Positions 9,918 through 17,626 of a DNA stretch of 64,000 nucleotides are shown piece by piece; the stretch's first letter is position 1, and each line of letters begins with the position of its first letter. The stretch spans positions 428 to 64,427 of the forward strand of contig DAOUFJ010000016.1 in NCBI GenBank assembly GCA_034429935.1. Direction: 5' to 3'. Below the pieces are notes generated by a model. That model made no database searches and was not told where the DNA came from. It saw nothing but the letters and a program-made list of their open reading frames with translations. Source of the stretch: Dehalococcoidales bacterium (GTDB taxonomy: Bacteria > Chloroflexota > Dehalococcoidia > Dehalococcoidales > UBA5627). Made by a program: the position numbers and the translations under genes.

Positions 9918-10274
9918 ATGGAGTCAATTGAAAAGCTTGGTGAAGTTCAGATGGAAATGACGAGCGACGTAAAAACATCAGAAGAATTAAAGGTTTTGTT
10001 AAGATGGGGGTGGGGGGCTGAAACAACTGGGAAACTTGTGTTTAAACCATCTGAGGAATTGAAGGTTGGCGATGGAATAAAAGTGACGGTGGAAAAGGTT
10101 GTCATCGTTCCTGACCCGGTAGAAGAGAAGACCGATGAGACGGCAAATGAAACCGAAGCTGCTGAAGAAACGGCTGTCGAAGCAGAATGTGTGTGTTGTG
10201 AGTCTGCAAAGATTCCCACGGATGCAGTAGCAGAAAACACAGCCGGTAATGTAGACGATACAAAAACGGCATAA
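9918..10274 (+). CDS. Hypothetical small acidic protein (paralog 1)
   Basis: 118 aa; N-terminal ~65 aa align with the next ORF (MT.D...E.L.VL.R..W.A....F.P.E.LK.GD...VTVEK); acidic tail with ECVCCES. Confidence 0.6.
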   Translation: MESIEKLGEVQMEMTSDVKTSEELKVLLRWGWGAETTGKLVFKPSEELKVGDGIKVTVEKVVIVPDPVEEKTDETANETEAAEETAVEAECVCCESAKIPTDAVAENTAGNVDDTKTA

Positions 10275-10315
10275 ATATTTAATTAATTTAGCTATATATC
10301 AGGAGGCGTTAAAAT

Positions 10316-10522
10316 ATGGAACCAGTAAAAATAGGGCAGGCTGAAGCAAACATGACTACCGATATCGGTATGGAAGAAGATTTAAGGGTATTGTTTAGAG
10401 TTAACTGGACGGCAAAATCACCGGAAGTTGCTTTCAACCCGGCGGAAAGTTTAAAGCGCGGTGATAAAGTAAGGGTTACCGTAGAAAAAATATCCGAAGC
10501 ACCCAAGACTGAACAGAAATAA
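10316..10522 (+). CDS. Hypothetical small protein (paralog 2)
   Basis: 68 aa; AGGAGG RBS; paralogous to 9918..10274. Confidence 0.6.
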   Translation: MEPVKIGQAEANMTTDIGMEEDLRVLFRVNWTAKSPEVAFNPAESLKRGDKVRVTVEKISEAPKTEQK

Positions 10523-10593
10523 AAATCGGAATTCGTTGCCTGTCTTATAACGTAACGAGACGGATTTTAAATGGTAAAAATTAAATAGGATGT

Positions 10594-10620
10594 AAAACCC
10601 CGGAAAAGCTCTGGGGTTTT
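10594..10620 (+). terminator. Rho-independent terminator
   Basis: AAAACCCCGG-loop-CTGGGGTTTT followed by a T-rich stretch. Confidence 0.65.
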
Positions 10621-10645
10621 ATAGTTTAATATATCGGGGGAAAAT

Positions 10646-11140
10646 ATGCCTTCAGTCGATGTGGTGAGTAAGGTTGATATGCAGGCGCTGGATAATGCTG
10701 TGAATAATACGCTGCGTGAAGTAGCCAGCCGCTACGATTTTAAAAATGTGAATACCGAGATAACTCTGAATAAGAAGGATAAGCTGATTCATCTTGCAAC
10801 CGGCGATGAATTGAAGATGAAAACGGTTATCGAAATGTTGAAGGGGCGGTGTGTTCGTTCTGATTTGGATCCCAAATGCCTGTCCCCGAAGAAAATAGAG
10901 CCGACTTCGCACGGTACGGTGAAAATGGATATACAGGTCAACGAGGGGATTCCGTCTGAAACATTGAAGAAAATGGTCAAGCTCATCAAAAGTTTCAATA
11001 CCAAAGTGCAGCCGGCCATTCAGGATGACCAGCTTAGAATCAGCGGAAAGAAGATAGACGACCTGCAGGAAATCATGCAATTGCTGAAAGACCAGGGCTA
11101 TGACATGCCCCTTCAGTTCGTCAACATGAAAAGAGATTAA
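10646..11140 (+). CDS. yajQ: YajQ family nucleotide-binding protein (UPF0234)
   Basis: 164 aa; MPSVDVVSKVDMQALDNAVNN N-terminus typical of YajQ. Confidence 0.85.
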   Translation: MPSVDVVSKVDMQALDNAVNNTLREVASRYDFKNVNTEITLNKKDKLIHLATGDELKMKTVIEMLKGRCVRSDLDPKCLSPKKIEPTSHGTVKMDIQVNEGIPSETLKKMVKLIKSFNTKVQPAIQDDQLRISGKKIDDLQEIMQLLKDQGYDMPLQFVNMKRD

Positions 11141-11407
11141 AGGGCATCATTTAAAGTAAGATTTCAGCTCTTCTCTGGTATAAGTAGTTATACGTTCAAG
11201 TTTGCAATCCTGATGGATGAGGACGAATGTCTTTTGAGGGGCATATTTTTCCCTTTATGTTGCGTTTAAAAGAAAAAATATATATTATAATATAGTACTA
11301 TAGTATATATGGGTTTTCCCGATTGCTGATTGATTAAATCGCCGGTAAATTCAAGGTTCGAAATAAGGGAATATTTAACCTTTGAAAAAAATATGAGGGA
11401 GGATTAT

Positions 11408-11926
11408 ATGCCATTTTGTAGAAACTGTGGGAATGAATTAATAGGGAATCCTGATATATGCGTGAACTGTGGGGTTATTCTTAATCCAAATCAAAAGCCG
11501 CCTTATCATGCACAACAATATCAATCACCACAGTATCCTAATCCACAATATCAAAATCCCCAGTATACCAATCCTCAATATCCGCCGCCCCAGTATCAGA
11601 ATCCTCAGTATCCAAATCAGCAATACCCTAATCCACAATATCCGCCAAACCAGTATAATATGGCCGGTTATGCTTCCGATAAGTCCAAGATAACGGTTGC
11701 GCTTCTGGCCTTCTTCCTGGGAACGTTGGGCGTTCACAGGTTTTATACCGGAAAGGTAGGTACCGGTATCGCTATGGCGGTATTGACGGTCGTCGGCTGG
11801 ATAACCAGTATCTTTATCTTCGGTTATATCCTGGTCTCGGCTGTCGGTTTATGGGCTTTAATCGATTTCATTATGGCGTTGATGGGCAAGTTTACTGATA
11901 AATACGGCAGACCGATAGTTAATTAG
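11408..11926 (+). CDS. Zinc-ribbon / (P/N)QY-repeat / TM2-domain membrane protein
   Basis: CRNCGN..CVNCG ribbon, about 12 tandem xPQY tetrapeptides, C-terminal TM2 motif LLAFFLGTLGVHRFYTG; GGAGG before ATG 11408. Confidence 0.75.
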   Translation: MPFCRNCGNELIGNPDICVNCGVILNPNQKPPYHAQQYQSPQYPNPQYQNPQYTNPQYPPPQYQNPQYPNQQYPNPQYPPNQYNMAGYASDKSKITVALLAFFLGTLGVHRFYTGKVGTGIAMAVLTVVGWITSIFIFGYILVSAVGLWALIDFIMALMGKFTDKYGRPIVN

Positions 11927-11993
11927 AGTGCCCGGTTTTAATCCTTTCTGTTAGCGGCAATCTATTTGCTGCGGTGAAATATAATCAAAAGAA

Positions 11994-12027
11994 GTGCCTG
12001 GTGTAAAAAGCCGGGCGCTTTTCGTTT
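11994..12027 (+). terminator. Rho-independent terminator
   Basis: GUGCCUGG/CCGGGCGC stem (two G-U pairs) followed by TTTTCGTTT. Confidence 0.55.
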
Positions 12028-12113
12028 ACAGGATAGTAGTTATAGTGGTATATTGACTATATCGGCTATAATAGCTATGATAATAGCAAACATAGCCAAT
12101 ATAGGGGGTGTAG

Positions 12114-12353
12114 ATGCAGAACGCAACTAGCAGAACAAGATACTTTCTGGATATAGAACCTGAATTGAGAAACCGTTTAAAAGCTATGGCTGCCCTGAAA
12201 GGGAAGTCGATGAAGGAATGGCTTACTGAAGCTATAATTGCCAAGATGGAAGATGAAATAGACTCTACTGAAGGGCTGGCGGCATTGGCTGATGTTGAAG
12301 GAACTGTTTCGCTGGAAAATTATCTCGAATCACGCAAAACGAAAAATTCGTAA
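12114..12353 (+). CDS. Type II antitoxin (ribbon-helix-helix-like)
   Basis: 79 aa; stop is 9 nt before the RelE/ParE toxin; N-terminal RYFLDIEPELRNRLKAMAALKGKSMKEW resembles RHH/CopG antitoxins. Confidence 0.6.
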   Translation: MQNATSRTRYFLDIEPELRNRLKAMAALKGKSMKEWLTEAIIAKMEDEIDSTEGLAALADVEGTVSLENYLESRKTKNS

Positions 12354-12362
12354 ATACCGATA

Positions 12363-12620
12363 ATGTACAGGATAGAATTAAGACGGAAAGCCCGGCATTC
12401 TCTTGATAAGCTGCCCAAAAGTGATTTCACGGCAATTATAGAGGCAGTTAAAAACCTGGCGGAGTTACCGAGGCCGAAGGGTGTAGAGAAGATAAAGAGC
12501 GCAGGATTGTGGAGAATCCGGTATGGAGATTACCGCATAGTTTACAGTATCGATGACGATAATAAGACTGTCATTATCCTTCGTATAGGACACCGCAGGG
12601 AAATCTACAGGTCACTTTGA
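12363..12620 (+). CDS. RelE/ParE family type II toxin
   Basis: 85 aa; ...LWRIRYGDYRIVYSIDDDNKTVIILRIGHRREIY typical RelE/StbE C-terminal core. Confidence 0.8.
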   Translation: MYRIELRRKARHSLDKLPKSDFTAIIEAVKNLAELPRPKGVEKIKSAGLWRIRYGDYRIVYSIDDDNKTVIILRIGHRREIYRSL

Positions 12621-12673
12621 TTTAGAATTAGATATTCTATCCGATATTTGTTTATCTTTAGGCATTTGCTAAA

Positions 12674-12710
12674 AAAGCGTTCGATTCAACACCGGACGCT
12701 TTCCGTTTTT
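12674..12710 (+). terminator. Rho-independent terminator after the TA pair
   Basis: AAAGCGTTCG/CGGACGCTTT stem (9/10) followed by CCGTTTTT. Confidence 0.55.
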
Positions 12711-12890
12711 AAATATTTTAGGTATTTATATTGATATTATATACTTGCAGAAAATACAATTATATAAATGACATATATATAGTTGTTAAAATCGTGAATG
12801 ATATGGTCGAATAGAATTGCTACTAAAATTACTCTCCAAATGTATATCCATATATTGAATTAGACGAAAAGGGAAAGGAAGTTTGAAAAA

Positions 12891-13502
12891 GTGACAATAG
12901 CAAATATATTAGAAAGTATTTCAATTATTGTTGCTGCAATTGCAGTTGTAGTGGGAATTTATAAATGGCGTACTGAGTATTTAGGTAAAAGAAAAATAGA
13001 ACTTGTCGAAGAAGTACTAGCTTTATTTTATGAAATAAGAGATATAATTAAATATATAAGAAGTCCCTTTTCATATGCTAGCGAAGGTAGCACTCGAAAA
13101 GCATCCGATAATGAAACTCCTGCGCAAAAAATAGTCTATGACAGAGTATATGTTTTGTTTGAAAGATATGATAAACATAAAGATAAATTTAGCAAATTAC
13201 AGTCTTTAAAATATCGATACTGGGCATATTTTGGTGAGAAATCAGTTGAGCCATTTAATGAATTAAATAGTGTCATGAATGAATTGTTTGCTTCAGCGAA
13301 TATATTATCTTATTATTGGCTTGATCGTGAAAATAGCTTTCATATAGATACAAATAAAGAAAAATTGGAAGAAATTAATAATAATATAAGAAAGAATGAA
13401 GCAATATTTTGGGATAGGTATAAAGAAGATACTATAAATCCAAAAGTTGAAGCAATTATTACTAAGATAGAAAATCAAGCTAGTAAAATTATTAATCCTT
13501 AA
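12891..13502 (+). CDS. Hypothetical protein, N-terminal TM helix, strongly AT-rich orphan
   Basis: 203 aa; GTG start; no motif recognised; codon usage very different from neighbours. Confidence 0.5.
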   Translation: MTIANILESISIIVAAIAVVVGIYKWRTEYLGKRKIELVEEVLALFYEIRDIIKYIRSPFSYASEGSTRKASDNETPAQKIVYDRVYVLFERYDKHKDKFSKLQSLKYRYWAYFGEKSVEPFNELNSVMNELFASANILSYYWLDRENSFHIDTNKEKLEEINNNIRKNEAIFWDRYKEDTINPKVEAIITKIENQASKIINP

Positions 13503-13547
13503 CTAATACTAATAATAGATTTAGGGGAAATTATGAAGGTTATTAAT

Positions 13548-13611
13548 AAATGACAGCAGCAAAATATTGCTGTATAAGTATAGAACGGCAAGAACAGGAT
13601 GGCACAAGCCT
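13548..13611 (+). pseudogene. 5' fragment of a serine recombinase gene (decayed second copy)
   Basis: 64-nt ungapped alignment with 17621-17684 (52/64), including the AAATGA start context and GGCAAGAACAGGATGG.ACAAGCCT; reads MTAAKYCCISIERQEQDGTSLYL-stop. Confidence 0.7.
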
Positions 13612-13619
13612 TTATTTAT

Positions 13620-13925
13620 AAGTCTTCCGTTCTTTGACCCTTTCCCGATGAAATCGGGACTCGGGGCGAACGGAACAAGGATAATCGTTAACCACGTAGG
13701 GACGGGCATTGCCCGTCCGCCAAATACGGAAGCATGAATGCGAACGACCATTGGTCGTCCCTGCGTTTTTTATCTGTCATGCTGAATTCGTGAAGGACGA
13801 ATGAAGCATCTGGGGAGGTGGTTAATAAGGCAGTCCCACCTGTTGCCGTAGGTACCTTTGTGCTGTTTCTCCCCGCTCCCCGGATTCTTCAGTCACCCCT
13901 TGTGACTTCCAGAATGACAGTATAA
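13620..13925. repeat. Mosaic intergenic repeat cluster 2
   Basis: Modules CCCGATGAAATCGGGA (also 32098); GCGAACGACCATTGGTCGTCCCTGCG (also ~57330); TGTCATGCTGAATTCGTGAAGGACGAATGAAGCATCTGGGG; and the inverted ...CCGGATTCTTCAGTCAC..GTGACTTCCAGAATGACAG (also 57438). Confidence 0.8.
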
Positions 13926-13953
13926 TCCGAAAGCAGCGGACTTAAAAGTGATA

Positions 13954-13983
13954 ATAAAAAAGGGGAGCTTTTTACACTCCCCT
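13954..13983 (-). terminator. Native dnaN terminator, now separated from dnaN by the inserted element
   Basis: On the minus strand: GGGGAG-9 nt-CTCCCC followed by TTTTTTATT, 34 nt downstream of the displaced dnaN stop codon. Confidence 0.7.
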
Positions 13984-14016
13984 CTATGTTTTCCGGTTAA
14001 TAATTTATCTAATATC

Positions 14017-14043
14017 TAATCCCACTGTACGAACATGGGGATG
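14017..14043 (-). other. attL: displaced native 3' end of dnaN (..IPMFVQWD-TAG)
   Basis: 14020-14043 vs 19109-19132: 19/24 identical, all differences at third codon positions of the dnaN frame. Confidence 0.7.
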
Positions 14044-14224
14044 TTTGCCTTTCCATGCTTACATTAAAATATAGGTTAAAAAGAGTTAATTCTTAAAGAA
14101 GTAAACTCATTTATTAAAAACTATAAACTGGGGTTGAACCGTTGAATTCTTGCGTGTGAATTAGGATTGAATCAGCGAGCTAAAGGCTATTTGAAGCTAA
14201 AAAAAGACTCTTACTTCCTCCTGT

Positions 14225-14623
14225 TTAATAAAATGAGTAATCGGCCATTGCTATTACATAGGCACCGGTACTTGTGGCCTGCTTTACCACCACACCGTCT
14301 ACTATTATCTTAACAGTTACGGAACCACTATCTCCGAGGTTTTGCGCTGATATTGAGGAGAACCAGTAATCATAAGTGGAATAATTATAAGTTCTTGGTA
14401 AATATACGCTGTCATGCTGCTCTATACTACCGGAAGGGGTGTACATTGTTACAAATACTTTTGAGGCCGTGCCTGATATTTCATAAGAAAGGGAGTGATG
14501 ATTTGTTACGAAATCCTCATCGCCTGTGATGCTACAAGCTGCTGGAGCAAATAGCGCAGCACCCACACCAACCCACACCACCATAAAGAAAGCAAATAAA
14601 ATCGTCCCTGTTTTTGTGCTCAT
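14225..14623 (-). CDS. Small exported/membrane-anchored beta-rich protein (element cargo)
   Basis: N-terminal hydrophobic signal/anchor ending ..FAPAAC; AAGGAGG 4 nt before ATG 14623. Confidence 0.6.
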   Translation of the reverse strand: MSTKTGTILFAFFMVVWVGVGAALFAPAACSITGDEDFVTNHHSLSYEISGTASKVFVTMYTPSGSIEQHDSVYLPRTYNYSTYDYWFSSISAQNLGDSGSVTVKIIVDGVVVKQATSTGAYVIAMADYSFY

Positions 14624-14835
14624 CACACCTCCTTCGATTATAAATCGATTTCGTGTACAGCTTTGATAATACTACCTATTATTTCGATATTATCAGCGGT
14701 CTCGATTTTGTCTATCAAAATTAATTTTATTATACTATCGTTTAGGACAAAGTCAATACTTATATGATAAATATTGTGATAAAATATGCCAAATCATGAA
14801 AAGCAGGCTTCCGATAAAAAGTTTAAACTCTTGGT

Positions 14836-15651
14836 TTGGTGAATATGCCTAAGAAAAAACAATCTCGTAAAGTTTATGGCGCAAAAACTCATAATTGGCG
14901 TCCAGAAATGAGACCTTTCATTGTGGCTGCTCTATGTGTTTATAATGCGTTAGATTTTTCTACAAAAGCAAAGGAAGTATATAACCAGATACTAGAAGCA
15001 TGGGGTAAACCAGGTTGTATATCGTTATTAAAAGGTCATATAGTGATGCCAGTATCAGAGTTTAAAGCTTGGGAAGAAGCTGTTACTACTGGCAATAGTT
15101 ATGAGCCAAAGGATATAAGATTTAAAGCTTCTCATGATAACCTTGTTTATAACGAAGATTATATAAATCTTGTATTATTGATAGCTGAGTTTATAAGAGT
15201 CGGATTTAATCATAAAAAGGATTTAAAGGGTTACATTGAAAAGGTAACCATAGAAAAATCTGAATATCTCCCTCTCGCTGTGCAAGTAATATCAGCAGAA
15301 GAATACATTGAAAGGCATCCTGATTTGAATGTTGAAAAAGAAATAAAGCTCGGTAATAAAGTTCTTGACCCATCTCCTTTTAATGGTGTTAGCCAAGAAA
15401 GAACTCATCGTTTACATATAAAAATGCTTAAAAAATATGGTTATAGCCTCAATCATGATAAAAAGCTTAGTGATTTAGCTTGGTACTGGTATCAATGCAG
15501 AGTCGTATATTCAGGGATAGAAGAATTTTGTAATAAACATTTTAAAAATACAGGTATTAAGTTAGACCCTGCCAATATCACAAAAGAGATATTATTAGCC
15601 GATATAGCAACAGGATATCCAAGAAAGAATCTGGATAACTCAATAAAATAA
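14836..15651 (+). CDS. Hypothetical protein (element cargo)
   Basis: 271-aa ORF; no recognisable motif; the start may instead be ATG 14845. Confidence 0.5.
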   Translation: MVNMPKKKQSRKVYGAKTHNWRPEMRPFIVAALCVYNALDFSTKAKEVYNQILEAWGKPGCISLLKGHIVMPVSEFKAWEEAVTTGNSYEPKDIRFKASHDNLVYNEDYINLVLLIAEFIRVGFNHKKDLKGYIEKVTIEKSEYLPLAVQVISAEEYIERHPDLNVEKEIKLGNKVLDPSPFNGVSQERTHRLHIKMLKKYGYSLNHDKKLSDLAWYWYQCRVVYSGIEEFCNKHFKNTGIKLDPANITKEILLADIATGYPRKNLDNSIK

Positions 15652-15670
15652 TAAATAATCAGTCGAAAAC

Positions 15671-15706
15671 AAAAAGCCACTCATTCCCGGGTGGCTTTTT
15701 TGTTTT
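15671..15706 (+). terminator. Rho-independent terminator
   Basis: AAAAAGCCAC-10 nt-GTGGCTTTTT followed by TGTTTT. Confidence 0.7.
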
Positions 15707-15756
15707 GTACAAAAAACATACAGTTAAAAGTCTGAATTCGATGGTTTAATAGAATT

Positions 15757-15972
15757 ATGGCAAGGATTCAGAAAAAAACACTGCAAGAAATAAAAGTAAC
15801 CTTCACTCTTGAAGAACGGCCGCTGACTTTTGCACAAAAGGAAGCTGGAAAGCGTTTGTTTTCAAGTTTAATAGAAAGAGCACAAGCTCAATTAAAAGAA
15901 GATATTGCCATAGCAGAAAAAGCAGAAAGGTCGGCGCAGGTGGATCGGCGGGAGCCGCCACCTGCTTCATAA
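15757..15972 (+). CDS. Hypothetical small helical protein (element)
   Basis: 71-aa ORF; charged, coiled-coil-like; no motif. Confidence 0.4.
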   Translation: MARIQKKTLQEIKVTFTLEERPLTFAQKEAGKRLFSSLIERAQAQLKEDIAIAEKAERSAQVDRREPPPAS

Positions 15973-16084
15973 TAGGATAAATAAGAGCTGAGCGGACATC
16001 GGGAGCGGTAGCCGTGAGCGGATATACGAGGGGAGCTGGGGGAAGGGTTTATTTCTTCCCTCGGTATCCTCAAAACAAACTCAA

Positions 16085-16189
16085 GGGACTTCTCGACATC
16101 GTGGGACTTCTCGGACTAAAGCCGAAGGACTTAACGAAAAGTCCAGATTAAAAAAGAAAAGGAATCCCCCCTCACTAACTAACAGGGGG
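16085..16189 (+). promoter_or_regulatory. Candidate origin (dso/oriT): two iterons plus two hairpins upstream of rep
   Basis: GGGACTTCTCG(A/G)AC at 16085-16097 and 16103-16116; hairpin GGACTT-AACGAA-AAGTCC (16127-16144); hairpin CCCCCCT-11 nt-AGGGGGG (~16165-16189). Confidence 0.5.
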
Positions 16190-16210
16190 GTTGCTAATAG
16201 TATTTTAGCT

Positions 16211-17419
16211 TTGAAGATTATGAAAGTTTTAAGTGCTGGTATTGATACATTAGTTGTTGGTTTCGCAATCGAAAGATACATGGAAAATGTAACCTTCGAT
16301 ATTTTAACTGAAGCTAAATTACGTGCATCTGAACAATATTTTGACAGTAACGGGTGTGCTGTTAATTGGTATGGGGTTGATTTTATAGTCAAGCCTCGTG
16401 GTGCTAGGGGTTATGAATGGGTATTAGAGAACGATGATATAACAATGTGTCTTAATCCCAAAGCTCTTAATGGTAGGGTTATGCCTGAAGTCTATATCAC
16501 ATTCTCAAGTAAATACCTCTGGGCTGTTGGTTATAAAGCTGCTTTTTATGAAGTGTATGAATGGCTATTAAAGTGGGCAATTTGTAACGATAATACAGTT
16601 TCAAGGTGTGACCTCTGTATGGACATAGAAATGCCTATGCCAATAATTGAGATAGAAAAAGAGATGGTTACGAAGGCAAGGCATAAGGCTGAGTTCCCTT
16701 ATTCTACTCCTGACGTAGTTACCCATTATAGCGGTAGACGTATTACTACCTATCAAGTTGGTAAAGGTAACCTGCTTGCCAGAATATATGATAAGACTAA
16801 TGAAATACTGAAAAGCCAGAAAGAATGGTTTAAGGAAATATGGGAAAAGCAAGGTTGGGATAAAAAAGAAAGAGTGGTTAGAATTGAATTTCAATGCAGG
16901 CGTGAATTTCTTAAGGAAAAGTGTACTCAGAGCTTTGCAGATTTGGAATACACTTTAGGAAGTATATGGGATTATTGTACTCATGAATGGCTTCGTGTAT
17001 GTGATGCAGGCTCTAAGAGCAATCAATCCAGATGGAAGGAAAAGGATTACTGGAAGATGATACAAGATAGCTCAAAAATGTTCGGGGAAGTATATAACAT
17101 TCCTAGAACAAAGATTAAGAATGTTCAGCGTGAACATTTGATGAAGCAGTTAAACGGTATACTTCTTTCGATATGTGCGTTATCCTCTGATGAATTCGGT
17201 ATCGATGGTGCAAAAGTTCTAACAATAGCCGATATTAGACAATATCTTCACTCCTCTGATTTCAAGCGTGAATTAAAGAAAAGGATTGCAAGGTTTGGTA
17301 ATATTCAAAAACCTAATAATAATTATCTTATTGAAGAAGTTATGAAGCTTGGCGGTGTAATTGAAGAAATCAATGAAAAAGCCTTGGGAACGGAAGCGGA
17401 CAAGCACTTCTTAAACTAG
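16211..17419 (+). CDS. Rep_trans-family rolling-circle replication initiator / MOB_T-type relaxase
   Basis: 402 aa; VSRCDLCMDIE, GRRITTYQVGKGNLLARIYDKTNE and VVRIEFQCRRE blocks resemble the Rep_trans (pT181 RepC/D, Tn916 Orf20-like) pattern; assigned from memory, no search was run. Confidence 0.6.
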   Translation: MKIMKVLSAGIDTLVVGFAIERYMENVTFDILTEAKLRASEQYFDSNGCAVNWYGVDFIVKPRGARGYEWVLENDDITMCLNPKALNGRVMPEVYITFSSKYLWAVGYKAAFYEVYEWLLKWAICNDNTVSRCDLCMDIEMPMPIIEIEKEMVTKARHKAEFPYSTPDVVTHYSGRRITTYQVGKGNLLARIYDKTNEILKSQKEWFKEIWEKQGWDKKERVVRIEFQCRREFLKEKCTQSFADLEYTLGSIWDYCTHEWLRVCDAGSKSNQSRWKEKDYWKMIQDSSKMFGEVYNIPRTKIKNVQREHLMKQLNGILLSICALSSDEFGIDGAKVLTIADIRQYLHSSDFKRELKKRIARFGNIQKPNNNYLIEEVMKLGGVIEEINEKALGTEADKHFLN

Positions 17420-17497
17420 CGTCCGCTGAAGTGAACAAGAGAAAAATAATATCAAAAAGTATTGCTATTATAATATCCAGAATAATATAATAGAGAT

Positions 17498-17626
17498 ATG
17501 ATAAGAATACATAAATGTTTAAGATGTGAATGGGAATGGGCAAGTCGAATGGAAGAACTTCCAAAATACTGTCCGAAATGTAAATCTCCGTACTGGAATA
17601 AACCAAAATGGAAGGGCATAAAATGA
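17498..17626 (+). CDS. 42-aa zinc-ribbon micro-protein overlapping the recombinase start (ATGA)
   Basis: Own translation MIRIHKCLRCEWEWASRMEELPKYCPKCKSPYWNKPKWKGIK; CxxC-17-CxxC; the stop TGA shares the A of ATG 17623. Confidence 0.5.
   Translation: MIRIHKCLRCEWEWASRMEELPKYCPKCKSPYWNKPKWKGIK

Noticed and set aside
9918-10522. Naming the tandem paralogs as amphi-Trp domain proteins
   Set aside because: The motif order does not match what I recall of that family, so the proteins are left unassigned.
13521-13751. ORFs at 13521-13751, 31966-32187 and 47539-47730
   Set aside because: They are composed almost entirely of the intergenic repeat modules (translations such as ..HGSTSSPRT.. are artefacts of module C).
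17608-17622. Track start sites 17608 (recombinase), 29408 (tex), 9307, 9513, 9066, 41486, 50705 and 29157
   Set aside because: In each case a downstream ATG has a proper Shine-Dalgarno spacing and/or matches the conserved family N-terminus. The upstream extension overlaps an RBS or the neighbouring gene.
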